Source: a virus. From it: 64,000 nt of DNA. The stretch's first letter is position 1. Every line of letters starts with the position of its first letter. The stretch lies in IMG/VR virus record IMGVR_UViG_3300023276_000008, positions 20,952 to 84,951 of that record; one strand, 5' to 3'. The notes under the pieces are model-generated. The model made no database searches. It was not told the origin of the DNA and worked only from the letters and a program-made list of their open reading frames with translations. Below, in pieces: positions 1 through 9,671 of this stretch. The translations under genes were made by a program, and so were the position numbers.

Positions 1-65
1 AAGTTTTGGGCTATAAATCCGCTAGTGCCAGTTATTAGCACTCGTTTTCCGTTTAGGTCGATCAT
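1..65 (-). CDS. 5' end (partial) of NAD-dependent epimerase/dehydratase (SDR family, nucleotide-sugar enzyme)
   Basis: Manual translation from ATG at 65: MIDLNGKRVLITGTSGFIAQN, a Rossmann GxxGxx motif; runs off the window edge; sigma70-like promoter directly upstream. Confidence 0.75.
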   Translation of the reverse strand, partial: MIDLNGKRVLITGTSGFIAQN

Positions 66-71
66 TGAAGA

Positions 72-100
72 AATTTAGCACGATTGCGGGTAATGGTCAA
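72..100 (-). promoter_or_regulatory. sigma70-like early promoter TTGACC-N17-TAAATT, ATG 6 nt downstream
   Basis: Minus strand reads ttgacc attacccgcaatcgtgc taaatt tcttca ATG. Confidence 0.65.
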
Positions 101-146
101 GTAAATAGTTGTAATTATCTTACAAACCAACTAAATATAAGGGATT

Positions 147-680
147 ATGAGTGATGATATCCTTTCCGAATTTGACGACCTTGATTCTAAAGACCTTGAG
201 AATCCAGAGAATATTGTGAATGTCTTGATGGGTAGTGCAACATTTCCGTCCGATTCAACACCTTCTAGAAAAACTATGAATGTTGAAGACTTGGATGAAT
301 CTGATATTGATGAGTATGTCGTAAAACAAACTGCTACTATTATTGAGAATGTAATGGGTGTTGTTGAAAGTATGTCAGAGAATCCAGATTCATTTACTTA
401 TGATGCAAAGGCACTGGAAGGTTATAATGGTTTAGTTAATGCTGCCACAAGTGCAGTTGCATCTCTTAATAAGATTAAATTGGAGAAATCTAAATTGAAA
501 CAACAAAAAGAACTCAAACAAATTGATATTAATAGTAGAGAGAAAATTGCTCTTAATAGAGAAGAGAATAATAAACAAACTATTAAGTTAACAAGAGAAG
601 AGTTTATTGCATTAATGAGTGATAAAAATGATAATACTGATAATACTGATAATGATAGTATTAAAACAATAGATGTATAA
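147..680 (+). CDS. probable terminase small subunit (T4 gp16-like)
   Basis: 177 aa; acidic N-terminus, central helices (ALEGYNGLVNAATSAV), coiled coil and C-terminal LTREEFIALM, resembling gp16 architecture; TAAATA at 132-137. Confidence 0.5.
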   Translation: MSDDILSEFDDLDSKDLENPENIVNVLMGSATFPSDSTPSRKTMNVEDLDESDIDEYVVKQTATIIENVMGVVESMSENPDSFTYDAKALEGYNGLVNAATSAVASLNKIKLEKSKLKQQKELKQIDINSREKIALNREENNKQTIKLTREEFIALMSDKNDNTDNTDNDSIKTIDV

Positions 681-702
681 TTATATAATATTATTATAAC
701 TA

Positions 703-1614
703 TTATACATCTAAAGCACCATCAGTAGTATGTATTAAATACTCTTTATTTTCTTCTTCTGTTTCTATTGTAAGCTTGAATGATCTTCTGTCAAGATTAT
801 CTTTCAAAAATCTCAAAATACTGTATTCTAAGTAATTCTCTGACTCCTTTAAAACCTTTATACCCATTGACACTACTGACGTTGACGTGTTATGTTCTTC
901 ATCATATGGGTTATATATCCTATCGTCAAGATATAACCTATATGCCTCATCACCAAGATAACTCTTGACAATATCTAAAATATCGTCCACTATGGCACTA
1001 GATACGTTTTTATAGTATGATACATCAGTAACAGAATAACTTCCATGTGCCTCATCATTAAGTTCTCCTTCAATTTTGTTATATCTTGGGTTCTTATCAA
1101 CCTCATTTAATGTATTATCATAACCAACTTTAGAAAGAATAGATCTCTTATGTACATCAGACACCATCTCTTCTGCATTAACTACCATATCATAAACAGG
1201 CACAGTCATCATCCTAAACATGTCTGGATGTGTTGGGGATAATTGGGGGGAATTTAATACAGGTTCAGTATTTGATTGTGTTCTAGGTGTTCTTGTTACA
1301 GACCCCAGTAATACAGAAGCAGGTTTGAAATACTTACTATCCGTAGTAAGGTCAGCTAATAATTTACCAAATGGACCACTCTGTAGATTGTCCATATAAT
1401 ATTTAATAGTGAATTCGTCTAGATCTTTTCCATCAGACTCAAGCTTCTCAAGAAATTCCTTCAGCTTAGTAATTCCCATCTCATACACCTTCTTAAACTC
1501 AACAATGAATTCAACATCAACATCTTTAACATCCCATGATTTAGGAATATCTAGACGATCCATATCATCTTCAATGCGTACTAAGGCTCTTAATATTTCA
1601 ACTTTATTTCTCAT
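703..1614 (-). CDS. hypothetical protein (last gene of baseplate operon)
   Basis: 303-aa ORF coupled (TAATG overlap) to upstream hub gene. Confidence 0.6.
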   Translation of the reverse strand: MRNKVEILRALVRIEDDMDRLDIPKSWDVKDVDVEFIVEFKKVYEMGITKLKEFLEKLESDGKDLDEFTIKYYMDNLQSGPFGKLLADLTTDSKYFKPASVLLGSVTRTPRTQSNTEPVLNSPQLSPTHPDMFRMMTVPVYDMVVNAEEMVSDVHKRSILSKVGYDNTLNEVDKNPRYNKIEGELNDEAHGSYSVTDVSYYKNVSSAIVDDILDIVKSYLGDEAYRLYLDDRIYNPYDEEHNTSTSVVSMGIKVLKESENYLEYSILRFLKDNLDRRSFKLTIETEEENKEYLIHTTDGALDV

Positions 1615-2957
1615 TATTCTGCGCTATCTGACGGTTTGGATTCGGGGTGGACATATGTTTTCACACCGACTATATCGGTGGCATAGTTATCATTTGAGTA
1701 TGTATGTATTACTTCTGTAAGCAACCATCTACCCAATGCTTTATCATCGAATTTAAATTCCTCTTCACCCTTCTGTGGCACATACGCTGTCGCTCTTGCA
1801 ACATCAAAAAACTTTCCTGATTGTCTAACTGGGTTGCCCTTCTTCGTGAAGTTGCAGTTTATGTTGTGGAAGGTCAATATGTTGTTTATTTCTGACTCAA
1901 CCATTCTCTTACATATAATAAGATCATATGGCATTGTATATGATACGTGGCGTTTCTTAGATTTCTTATTCTCGGAGATAAATCCAGAAACCTCGCCATC
2001 TTGTAGTTTAAATGGTTTCACAAACAATTCTTCCCAATTCTTCTTAATATCATCCAATTTGATAATACCTTGTTCGTGGCTACCCAATACTCTATTATAT
2101 GCATTGATTATCCATTTATGAGTATTCATAATACTCATAAATCCGTGTTGGGGTGTTGATATGTTGAAGTGTAGTAGATCTGAGTCATACTCCATTGCTG
2201 GTGTTGACGATACATCAGGATTCTTACCATACACAAATCCACCTGTACCACCCAACCCACCTTGATCACCCCCCAATGAGAAAGCCTCAATAACATTATC
2301 TTTATTCTTATCAAACAATTCACTTATCTTTGTGAAATTATATACAGACTCTTTTCTATCCCATAATAAAAAACATTTTATATATGTGCTACCCTCTGCA
2401 ACATAATTCTTCTGTAGTATATCTTCCAACAGATCCATATATGTCCAATTTATTGACGGTATGGCAGTGTAGAGTAAGTCGGTCTTCTCAAATGTGCCTT
2501 TGTAATCGGGTAGCAATTCATCAAATAGCTCCTCCAATACTTCACCACAATATCCTGAAAATGTTCGGTTATATGGTATGGTTTCGTTGAATGGTAAAGA
2601 CTTCTTATCAGCCAACACAAATGTCTTAGAGCGCACATCAACATTAGCTGGAGAATATACATTCGACTCATCAAATAGAATGAATGTCTCTTCAATTGTT
2701 TCAGTTATATCCTTCTCGTCAGAAGGTTTCATCATAACACTAAACTCATCTCTTCCATCACCCCTATATGAATATAATGACTCAAACACATAAAACCCAT
2801 CAACAAACTGAACTAATCCAGTCTTGAATGGGTTATACATTGAATCTTTGATAGATAGTGATTTAATTGCCTGATGAGAAACATCTACTTCTCCATCAGG
2901 ACCAGTTAATTTGAATTCAGTATCAAATGCTACTTCATTTATGAAATGTGTTGCCAT
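1614..2957 (-). CDS. baseplate hub protein (gp27-like)
   Basis: 447 aa; IKDSMYNPFKTG near N-terminus, C-terminal GNPVRQSGKFF...GRWLLTEVIH typical of gp27-type hubs; baseplate context. Confidence 0.6.
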   Translation of the reverse strand: MATHFINEVAFDTEFKLTGPDGEVDVSHQAIKSLSIKDSMYNPFKTGLVQFVDGFYVFESLYSYRGDGRDEFSVMMKPSDEKDITETIEETFILFDESNVYSPANVDVRSKTFVLADKKSLPFNETIPYNRTFSGYCGEVLEELFDELLPDYKGTFEKTDLLYTAIPSINWTYMDLLEDILQKNYVAEGSTYIKCFLLWDRKESVYNFTKISELFDKNKDNVIEAFSLGGDQGGLGGTGGFVYGKNPDVSSTPAMEYDSDLLHFNISTPQHGFMSIMNTHKWIINAYNRVLGSHEQGIIKLDDIKKNWEELFVKPFKLQDGEVSGFISENKKSKKRHVSYTMPYDLIICKRMVESEINNILTFHNINCNFTKKGNPVRQSGKFFDVARATAYVPQKGEEEFKFDDKALGRWLLTEVIHTYSNDNYATDIVGVKTYVHPESKPSDSAE

Positions 2958-3355
2958 TAAAAATGCTTGTTATCGTATATTGTTTGATTGGTTATATCCG
3001 CATGTATGAGGGATAAATATTCTGGTTTTATATACTTAATTTGTGTGCCCGATTCAATCAAAAAAGGAGCACCCTCAAATTTGTCTACATTACATAGATA
3101 TATTACCCACCAGAGCTTTATATCATTATATAATCTATATGCAATAGTTGGTAGCGCAGTTGGAGCCTTTATTGTTTCCAATTCAATGAATTCCCCATCA
3201 ATATCACCAAAATCCAATTTATTTAATATATTATAAACATTGAATTCTTTATCTTCGATTGAATATTTATACACCTTGAATATTCGATCATAATGCGATA
3301 GGGACACATTATCTATACCATCTACATCGTTTCTAAATTTTCCTACTTCTGTCAT
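2957..3355 (-). CDS. gp53: baseplate wedge subunit (gp53-like, LysM-like)
   Basis: IAYRLYNDIKLWWVIYLCN matches the gp53 IA..lYg...lwWvi...N signature. Confidence 0.7.
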   Translation of the reverse strand: MTEVGKFRNDVDGIDNVSLSHYDRIFKVYKYSIEDKEFNVYNILNKLDFGDIDGEFIELETIKAPTALPTIAYRLYNDIKLWWVIYLCNVDKFEGAPFLIESGTQIKYIKPEYLSLIHADITNQTIYDNKHF

Positions 3356-4158
3356 TATTTTATGAGGCTTGAATCTTCTGTTATTAGGGGTGTGAACACC
3401 ATCTGCAATTGATATGCTTCTGGCAATATACCAGAACCTACCATACGCTGAGTACCTAATCCATTAAGCGAAAAGTTACTGCAATATGCCCAAGGAAGAT
3501 CTCTATATCCTGGGATTTTGATCTTACATATTCTACTTGGCTCCATAAATATAGAAGTCTTTCTAGTTGGTTTATTAATTCTTGCTAACTCTCTCACTAA
3601 GTCAATATTTTTATCATATCCTTTAGTTGAGCTAGTGTTTAATAATGTGAATGTCACTGTTATATCACTTGCCTTTTTTCCAAATTGTTGATATTGAGGT
3701 GTCTCTGGATATATAGTTCTACTTTGATCCGATAGACTCTCAAGGGCTGATAGATTTTTTGACCTTACTGCTCCAGCAATTACACCACCAAGTTCTCCCA
3801 TGAATCTAAATTCAGAATGAATATCAGATAACTTATCTCCAATTGCAGCAAGACCTTGCCCATTACCAACATTTCCCATTAAATTATCACTAAATGAATT
3901 TGAATAACTAATGTAGTTTGTGTCAAAGAATGGAAATGTATATGTATCTTCCTTTTCCGTATCATATAGACTATCATAGAAGGCTTTACCTGCTTCTGTG
4001 TTAACACCCTGTTTGATCAGATTCCTAGCCTTTCGAACAACACCCAAATCTTTCATTCGATGAAATTGTATGTGAATTTTGGGACAATCCTTCAGTAGTT
4101 CAGTATCATTAGTATTGATACACCACGGAAAGTCCTTAATTACGTCAACGGTAGCCAT
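3355..4158 (-). CDS. baseplate tail-tube cap/initiator (gp48-like)
   Basis: Tube-fold-like C-terminus (ITVTFTLLN...P..CKIKIPG...AYCSNFSL...LPEAYQLQMVF); position in baseplate cluster. Confidence 0.5.
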   Translation of the reverse strand: MATVDVIKDFPWCINTNDTELLKDCPKIHIQFHRMKDLGVVRKARNLIKQGVNTEAGKAFYDSLYDTEKEDTYTFPFFDTNYISYSNSFSDNLMGNVGNGQGLAAIGDKLSDIHSEFRFMGELGGVIAGAVRSKNLSALESLSDQSRTIYPETPQYQQFGKKASDITVTFTLLNTSSTKGYDKNIDLVRELARINKPTRKTSIFMEPSRICKIKIPGYRDLPWAYCSNFSLNGLGTQRMVGSGILPEAYQLQMVFTPLITEDSSLIK

Positions 4159-4166
4159 ATATTTAT

Positions 4167-6038
4167 TTAGTAACTGTAAGGGCTGTTGGAATAACTATCT
4201 CTATTATTATTGGCAGCTAATTGAGCCACATTAGATTCCTTTGGTGCTGGGAGAGACATTGGAACAATTGCTGCACCACCACCACTATTTTCTTTTTCTG
4301 CAATTATTTTAGTATATTGTAATAATATATTCATCTGCTCAATTTGCTTCATTAAAATCTTATTGGTTCTTTGTACATGGACTACAGCATTACCACCTTT
4401 AGCACCTTCCATAACTTGTTGAAATGCTCCCCCTGTCTTCATACCAACAACTTCATCTTTATTGCTGAAGGGATATACATTATCTCCTTTAACAATAAAG
4501 TCTTGCATCTCTTTCTTAGGAGTAGCCATCTTAGATATTACATGTGAACCAAACCCACTAACCATTTTTTTAGATAAAAAGTTATTAACCAACATACCAC
4601 CAGCTTTTTTGCCAGCGATGTCGCCAAATACCCCACCTAGAATAGCACCAATGGCGTTACCTGCCACTGGAACCACTGAGCCTAATGCTCCACCCAACAC
4701 AGCACCCAAACCTGCTCCAGCTATACCAGTCACACCCTTAACAACTCTAGTACCTGCTCTCAGATTCAGTTGCTTAGTATCAATTTCGCCATTTGCGTGT
4801 TGTTGCTTTAGTTTCTTTAAATCATTGTGAGTTAATAAGCTTTCAATTAAAGTCCCTATTAATGGCACACGTCTAGCAATACCACCTAAAAGTTTTGATG
4901 GATTTTTTGATACAACACCAAGTGCCTTTTTAAATAATTTCTGCGCAGGACCAAATGCCATCTTTCCAACTGATTTAACACCTTTTACTGCCGCCCCACC
5001 AACTACCTTTATGCCTTTTGCTGCTGTCCCACCAACTGCCTTAGCAGTAGACATAGCTTTACCACCAACTGCCTTAGCAGTAGACATAGCTTTACCACCA
5101 ACTGCCTTAGCAGCGTTCCAAACACCCTTCGCTGGGTTCTTCACAAACTCAACAGCCCTTTTTACAACCTTCTCAGCTTTATCTTTAAGACCTATAATAG
5201 AATCAATAATCCCATTAATAACCTTACCAATACTACCAGTGAGCTTGCCAATAGATTTTACCAATGCTGTTGCAGAAGGTAATTTTCCCAATACTTTGGC
5301 AACCACTGCACCTATCTTCTTACCTAGACTAATAATTTTACCAACAACTTTATTGAAAATACCTTTAATGGTTTTCCATAACGATGCTATCTTCTCTCCT
5401 ATAACTTTGAGATATGGTTTTGCCCATTCTGAGATTCTTCCGAATATTTTGGCAACAAATTTACCAAATCTCTTCATGAATCCCCATATCTTGGTGAATA
5501 CCTTAACTAACACATCCTTAATCTTAGTAAACACTGTTTTAAGTGTACTGGATATAGACTTAGCCATTTTGATAATTGACTTACCAAGTTTACTGTTCTT
5601 AAAGATCTTCCAGACCTTTTTAGCCATTGGTATAATCTTTCCAGATACAGCCATTAATGCAGCTATGATTGAACCAAGACCTAATCCTTGGGCGACATCT
5701 TTCACCACACCACCAACCTTACCACTTCCTTTAGAGGTAGATTTCTTTTTAGTAGTTTTAGCTTTGAGGAATGTATCCTTTTGGGACTTCTTCATCATGT
5801 CCACATATTTTGCAGCAAATATATCCGCAACAACAGCTATATCAGTCTTATCACGACTCGATATGGATTTTCTACCCTTCTTTGTATCAAAGGAACTTCC
5901 CTCACTACTTTTTACAATATTTTTGTCTACAAGTTTAGACCCACCAGAGCTATCTGAGTCTTTATATGCCTCAGACAACTTCTCAGTAGCCTGTGTTTGT
6001 CCTTGCAACACTTCAAGTAATTTAGCAGTAATGTCCAT
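4167..6038 (-). CDS. tape-measure-like / baseplate hub protein (gp29-like)
   Basis: 623 aa, Lys/Gly/Ala-rich amphipathic repeats, glycine-zipper segment GAGLGAVLGGALGSVVPVAGNAIGAILGG, C-terminal DFIV...PFSNKDEVVG. Confidence 0.6.
   Translation of the reverse strand: MDITAKLLEVLQGQTQATEKLSEAYKDSDSSGGSKLVDKNIVKSSEGSSFDTKKGRKSISSRDKTDIAVVADIFAAKYVDMMKKSQKDTFLKAKTTKKKSTSKGSGKVGGVVKDVAQGLGLGSIIAALMAVSGKIIPMAKKVWKIFKNSKLGKSIIKMAKSISSTLKTVFTKIKDVLVKVFTKIWGFMKRFGKFVAKIFGRISEWAKPYLKVIGEKIASLWKTIKGIFNKVVGKIISLGKKIGAVVAKVLGKLPSATALVKSIGKLTGSIGKVINGIIDSIIGLKDKAEKVVKRAVEFVKNPAKGVWNAAKAVGGKAMSTAKAVGGKAMSTAKAVGGTAAKGIKVVGGAAVKGVKSVGKMAFGPAQKLFKKALGVVSKNPSKLLGGIARRVPLIGTLIESLLTHNDLKKLKQQHANGEIDTKQLNLRAGTRVVKGVTGIAGAGLGAVLGGALGSVVPVAGNAIGAILGGVFGDIAGKKAGGMLVNNFLSKKMVSGFGSHVISKMATPKKEMQDFIVKGDNVYPFSNKDEVVGMKTGGAFQQVMEGAKGGNAVVHVQRTNKILMKQIEQMNILLQYTKIIAEKENSGGGAAIVPMSLPAPKESNVAQLAANNNRDSYSNSPYSY
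5029..5113. repeat. 33-bp tandem repeat (about 2.6 copies) encoding AKAVGGKAMST
   Basis: ccaccaactgccttagcagtagacatagcttta at 5029-5061 and 5062-5094, partial third copy. Confidence 0.9.
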
Positions 6039-6053
6039 TACTTGTATTTAGTA

Positions 6054-6779
6054 TTAATCCTCTCGTTCGAAGAATAATGTCTCAAAATCAACTAACTTGC
6101 CCTTAACAGTAAGGAGCTTTTCATCATAATCACGAATAGTGGACACAAATTCATGTATATCATCAGTGACAGAGGATGGTAGAGTTTCTATAATTTTCAT
6201 AGTAGTATCAATTGGAATCTCATCGATGATAATATCTTCTCCATTGAATGTGATGCTCTCTACAAATTTAGGTAATTCATATGCTAGAATGATACCAGTA
6301 CATTTACCAATATCATCTTCCCCAACTTTATCAAACTCACGAATGGAAGATTTGTGATATCTAACATCAGTATCTAGTGTGGGAATTCTGAGTTTGATCT
6401 CATATGCATCATATTCGAGAGTTTGTGGTTCAATAACAGCTTTTGAAAAATTATCTCGCAATGCTCCAAGAGTAACTTCCTCGTCTACCTTAAAGTCTGC
6501 CCCCTTCTCAATAAGTTTCATCTGGATTACAATAGGAATCCTATCAAGGATTGTAATATTGCTCGTACTTCCAGTAACATTTTCTTGAATGAGTTTATCA
6601 ACTTCTAACATGAATTTGTTAATAGATGTGATCCCTTCAAGTGTGCTGGTTACAAGAGTCTTCTGCTGTCCAAATGAAATTTGGCTCACCTCTAAGCTAT
6701 CTGAATAATTGCATTCGAATGTGGATGTGGCAACATCTTGCTTGATTGTTGCTAGGAACTGTTTAACTGTATCGCTCAT
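6054..6779 (-). CDS. baseplate hub assembly protein (gp26-like)
   Basis: ISFGQQKTL...ITILDRIPIVIQMK...IKLRIPTL...IIETLPS pattern as in gp26; start taken at MSDTVKQ. Confidence 0.5.
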   Translation of the reverse strand: MSDTVKQFLATIKQDVATSTFECNYSDSLEVSQISFGQQKTLVTSTLEGITSINKFMLEVDKLIQENVTGSTSNITILDRIPIVIQMKLIEKGADFKVDEEVTLGALRDNFSKAVIEPQTLEYDAYEIKLRIPTLDTDVRYHKSSIREFDKVGEDDIGKCTGIILAYELPKFVESITFNGEDIIIDEIPIDTTMKIIETLPSSVTDDIHEFVSTIRDYDEKLLTVKGKLVDFETLFFERED

Positions 6780-6783
6780 AGTA

Positions 6784-7548
6784 TTATATAGTTGAATTGG
6801 TCTGTGTTGCAAGCTCATTTTCCCTATCTGACAGTATAATATCCAATTCTCTTGGAGTTCTAGTCATGACATAATTGGAGTCAGGCATTTGTTTTGATAT
6901 TCCATATACAATGGACGCTAGGCTCTGATAATCATATATATTGAATATTGGTACAATAAATTCAAATATGTCATTTGTATATGGGTTGATTGTTTGGGAC
7001 TCGATTTGAGGGTGATTAAAAACAACACATTTACTCACTTCTTGTGTTATATAATTGTCGATGGATCTGATAACATCTGATGGTATTGCGTCAACTGAGG
7101 TTATATCTTCTCTACCAATCTTCTTGGATTCATTATCTTCTAAATGGATGCTTTCTATAGCATCTCTATATACCTCATCAACATTGTCGCTATATAATGT
7201 ATCTGCTGGTTTGATGGTGTACACATATCCTGAATGGATTATAGTAGTTGAATAGTCATCAGATATGTGTTCCTTTAAATTGTTGAGTATTAACGATATA
7301 AGAACCTTCTTTTGTGTTCCTGTCACTGACACCATGTTGATACTGTGGTCGATGAAATCACTTGCTCCTTTCAACAGGGCATATAACTTCTTCATCTTAG
7401 TATCACATCCAAATAGCTTGTCTTCCAGATACTCTACAATCATTGGATAACAACTATCTTCGTATAGTAGACTAAGGTTCCTACAGTCTGTGAGAGTAAA
7501 TTCCTCCATACCAAATACCTCCCCATTTATAATTGTAACACTCTTCAT
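6784..7548 (-). CDS. probable baseplate assembly protein (gp26/gp51-like)
   Basis: C-terminal YVMTRTPRELDIIL resembles gp51-type motif; context; start at MKSVTII. Confidence 0.4.
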   Translation of the reverse strand: MKSVTIINGEVFGMEEFTLTDCRNLSLLYEDSCYPMIVEYLEDKLFGCDTKMKKLYALLKGASDFIDHSINMVSVTGTQKKVLISLILNNLKEHISDDYSTTIIHSGYVYTIKPADTLYSDNVDEVYRDAIESIHLEDNESKKIGREDITSVDAIPSDVIRSIDNYITQEVSKCVVFNHPQIESQTINPYTNDIFEFIVPIFNIYDYQSLASIVYGISKQMPDSNYVMTRTPRELDIILSDRENELATQTNSTI

Positions 7549-7549
7549 A

Positions 7550-8149
7550 TTAATACACTGAGTAATTTTCGTAACCAAAGGTGACTGATTTTATGCGCAG
7601 TGTGGAATCGTCGGTATCATAGTTCAATGACTGTGCTTCTACAGCATGAGGAAACACTCCTGTGTATTTAAAAGTCTTACGAAGACCTCCATTGGTATTA
7701 TATTGTTTAATAACAACATCTCCTTTGAGATCGTTGTCTGTAATCAACCCCTTGCGTCCAATAGCAATTGTCCATAGTCTAAAATAAGTATCAACAATAT
7801 CTACTTCAGTCTCAATGAAGTTTATAGCTAAACTCATAAATCCAGTACTTCGTTGGGCAAGACCATATCCTGCTAAATATCCACCAGAATTTCCATTTGG
7901 AGATACTTCGAATGCTGATACATCAATTTGTTCTTCTGGTATATTAACAGATTGCGCCAAATACCTAGAACTGGATGACACTGAGCCGCCATTAAACACT
8001 CCAGCTTGTCCATACATAGGAGGGACGAGATTGGATGTAATATTTGGAGCTTTTATAAAGGTGACTTCAAATAATGATTCTAGGGGGATGAAGAAGGATG
8101 GATCATTACTGAATCTATCTAAAAACTGTTGTGCGCTCGGAGTTGACAT
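7550..8149 (-). CDS. tail tube-like protein (gp54/gp19 family)
   Basis: YLAQSVNIP...LAINFIET...YFRLW...VVIKQY...YTGVFP...SVTFGY tube fold; TAAATA-N6-ATG. Confidence 0.7.
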   Translation of the reverse strand: MSTPSAQQFLDRFSNDPSFFIPLESLFEVTFIKAPNITSNLVPPMYGQAGVFNGGSVSSSSRYLAQSVNIPEEQIDVSAFEVSPNGNSGGYLAGYGLAQRSTGFMSLAINFIETEVDIVDTYFRLWTIAIGRKGLITDNDLKGDVVIKQYNTNGGLRKTFKYTGVFPHAVEAQSLNYDTDDSTLRIKSVTFGYENYSVY

Positions 8150-8173
8150 CAATTCTATTTAGTGGGGCAGTAT

Positions 8174-8213
8174 AAAAAAGGGAAGAGTAATATTGCTATT
8201 ACCCTCCCCTTTA
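8174..8213 (-). terminator. rho-independent terminator after tail tube gene
   Basis: GGGGAGGGTAAT-loop-ATTACTCTTCCC followed by T6 on minus strand. Confidence 0.8.
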
Positions 8214-8235
8214 TGCATCGCGCTGTGTTAAAATC

Positions 8236-8769
8236 TTATGAAAAGTCTTCGTAGAAGTGATATGCGAATGTACATGGGAAGTTTTTAATCTCACCTGTAC
8301 CATCAGCAATTTGATAATCGATCTCACCTACGTTACGAATACCAACACCGATAAGCTTAATTGTCTCGACAGTAGCTAGTTCTTTATCAATGACCTCTAG
8401 GATCATATAACTATCTCTACCAGCCATACCGTATTCACCAGTTGTTGTTTCGTTATTAAATACTGCTCTTGATGCACCTTCGAGTTTCCTACGAAGATCC
8501 ATTTGTTCATCTACATAGAACTCAATCGTATATGCTTCAGAATTTGGGTATGAGGAAGAACCTGCTACGTTGAAGTTCTGTCCTGCGTAGTTAGCGTTCT
8601 TGTTTGAGATCTCTCTAGCTGGAAGTGCTGCACTTCTTGCATAGATTAGGTCATCTTCTCCAGAGAATGATGCACCTTCGATAACAATTTGCTTTACTCG
8701 AAAGTGGAAATCGCGTGAGAATTGCTTCATGACGGCTTGGTTGAAAAAGTTTTCGATAGTCGTTGCCAT
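8236..8769 (-). CDS. gp19: tail tube protein
   Basis: ARSAALPAR...YAGQNFNVAG...YTIEFYVDE...VGEIDY...FPCTFAYHFY; strong terminator downstream. Confidence 0.8.
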   Translation of the reverse strand: MATTIENFFNQAVMKQFSRDFHFRVKQIVIEGASFSGEDDLIYARSAALPAREISNKNANYAGQNFNVAGSSSYPNSEAYTIEFYVDEQMDLRRKLEGASRAVFNNETTTGEYGMAGRDSYMILEVIDKELATVETIKLIGVGIRNVGEIDYQIADGTGEIKNFPCTFAYHFYEDFS

Positions 8770-8773
8770 ACAC

Positions 8774-9631
8774 TTATTTAGCTATTAGGTTGGATATTTT
8801 ATCATAAATATCACGATAAGATTCATTATATTTTAATATAAGTAAATTCTTTTTATATATACAACAATATTGGCGTTTGAGTGAGTCATTCTCCATCTGC
8901 CTATGAAATGAAGATATTCCCCCAAAAAACTCAATTGGTTCATAATGTTGTCTTCCGTTATATTCTATGCATATATTATAGTCTGGTATGTAGAAATCAA
9001 ATCTAAGAAGTCTTTCATTTCTACAATCCTTGAAGGTGTATTCTTCTATATAATCAATATCAATAGAATTTAAAATATTTCTTACCAATAATTCTCCATT
9101 TGATTTAGTATCACATCCACAGGTGGTTCTCTTATCATATAATACGTGATGCATCAACCTACCAAATTTATTACCACATTTACATTGGAATGTGTGAGAT
9201 TTATGAGATCCTTTATAATCATCTACAAGAGATACGTTTAACTTTTCTAATCTTTCATGAATATCATTTATATTCTTCAAACACCCACATGATGATACTT
9301 CACCAGACCAAATATTATTTATTTTAGATTCGAATTCAACACCACAAAAACACATAAACTTATGGCTATTTTTACTTTGAGTATATGGAGATAGTAATAT
9401 TATACCAATATCCAATGTTTTGCCTTCGGCATCTTTTTGTGTAATGGTATTGACACACCCACATGATGTAGTATGACCATTCCATATACTACTTATTCTA
9501 GAACTAAATACCGCACCACAATGACATTGAATGTCATGGATATTCTTACTAGAAGTGTATTTAGATATTAACTCAAACCCTAGATTTTCGCATCTATTTT
9601 TTGCAATATCTTGTGTAATTATTTTACCCAT
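8774..9631 (-). CDS. free-standing putative homing endonuclease (repeated Cys-rich Zn modules plus PD-(D/E)XK/Vsr-like nuclease)
   Basis: Three CxCG..F......SCGC-type repeats, then SNGE...EYTFKDC...LRFDFYIP...IEYNGRQHY...D..K..YC. Confidence 0.8.
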   Translation of the reverse strand: MGKIITQDIAKNRCENLGFELISKYTSSKNIHDIQCHCGAVFSSRISSIWNGHTTSCGCVNTITQKDAEGKTLDIGIILLSPYTQSKNSHKFMCFCGVEFESKINNIWSGEVSSCGCLKNINDIHERLEKLNVSLVDDYKGSHKSHTFQCKCGNKFGRLMHHVLYDKRTTCGCDTKSNGELLVRNILNSIDIDYIEEYTFKDCRNERLLRFDFYIPDYNICIEYNGRQHYEPIEFFGGISSFHRQMENDSLKRQYCCIYKKNLLILKYNESYRDIYDKISNLIAK

Positions 9632-9671
9632 CGAGCCATATACTTATTTAGTTATTGGTCATGTATTATTA

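Noticed and set aside
630-655. 9-bp repeat gataatact
   Set aside because: Trivial DNT repeat in a disordered C-terminal tail
5011-6051. 346-aa + strand ORF antisense to the tape-measure-like gene
   Set aside because: Shadow ORF of a repetitive Lys/Gly/Ala-rich gene; no promoter or protein-like features
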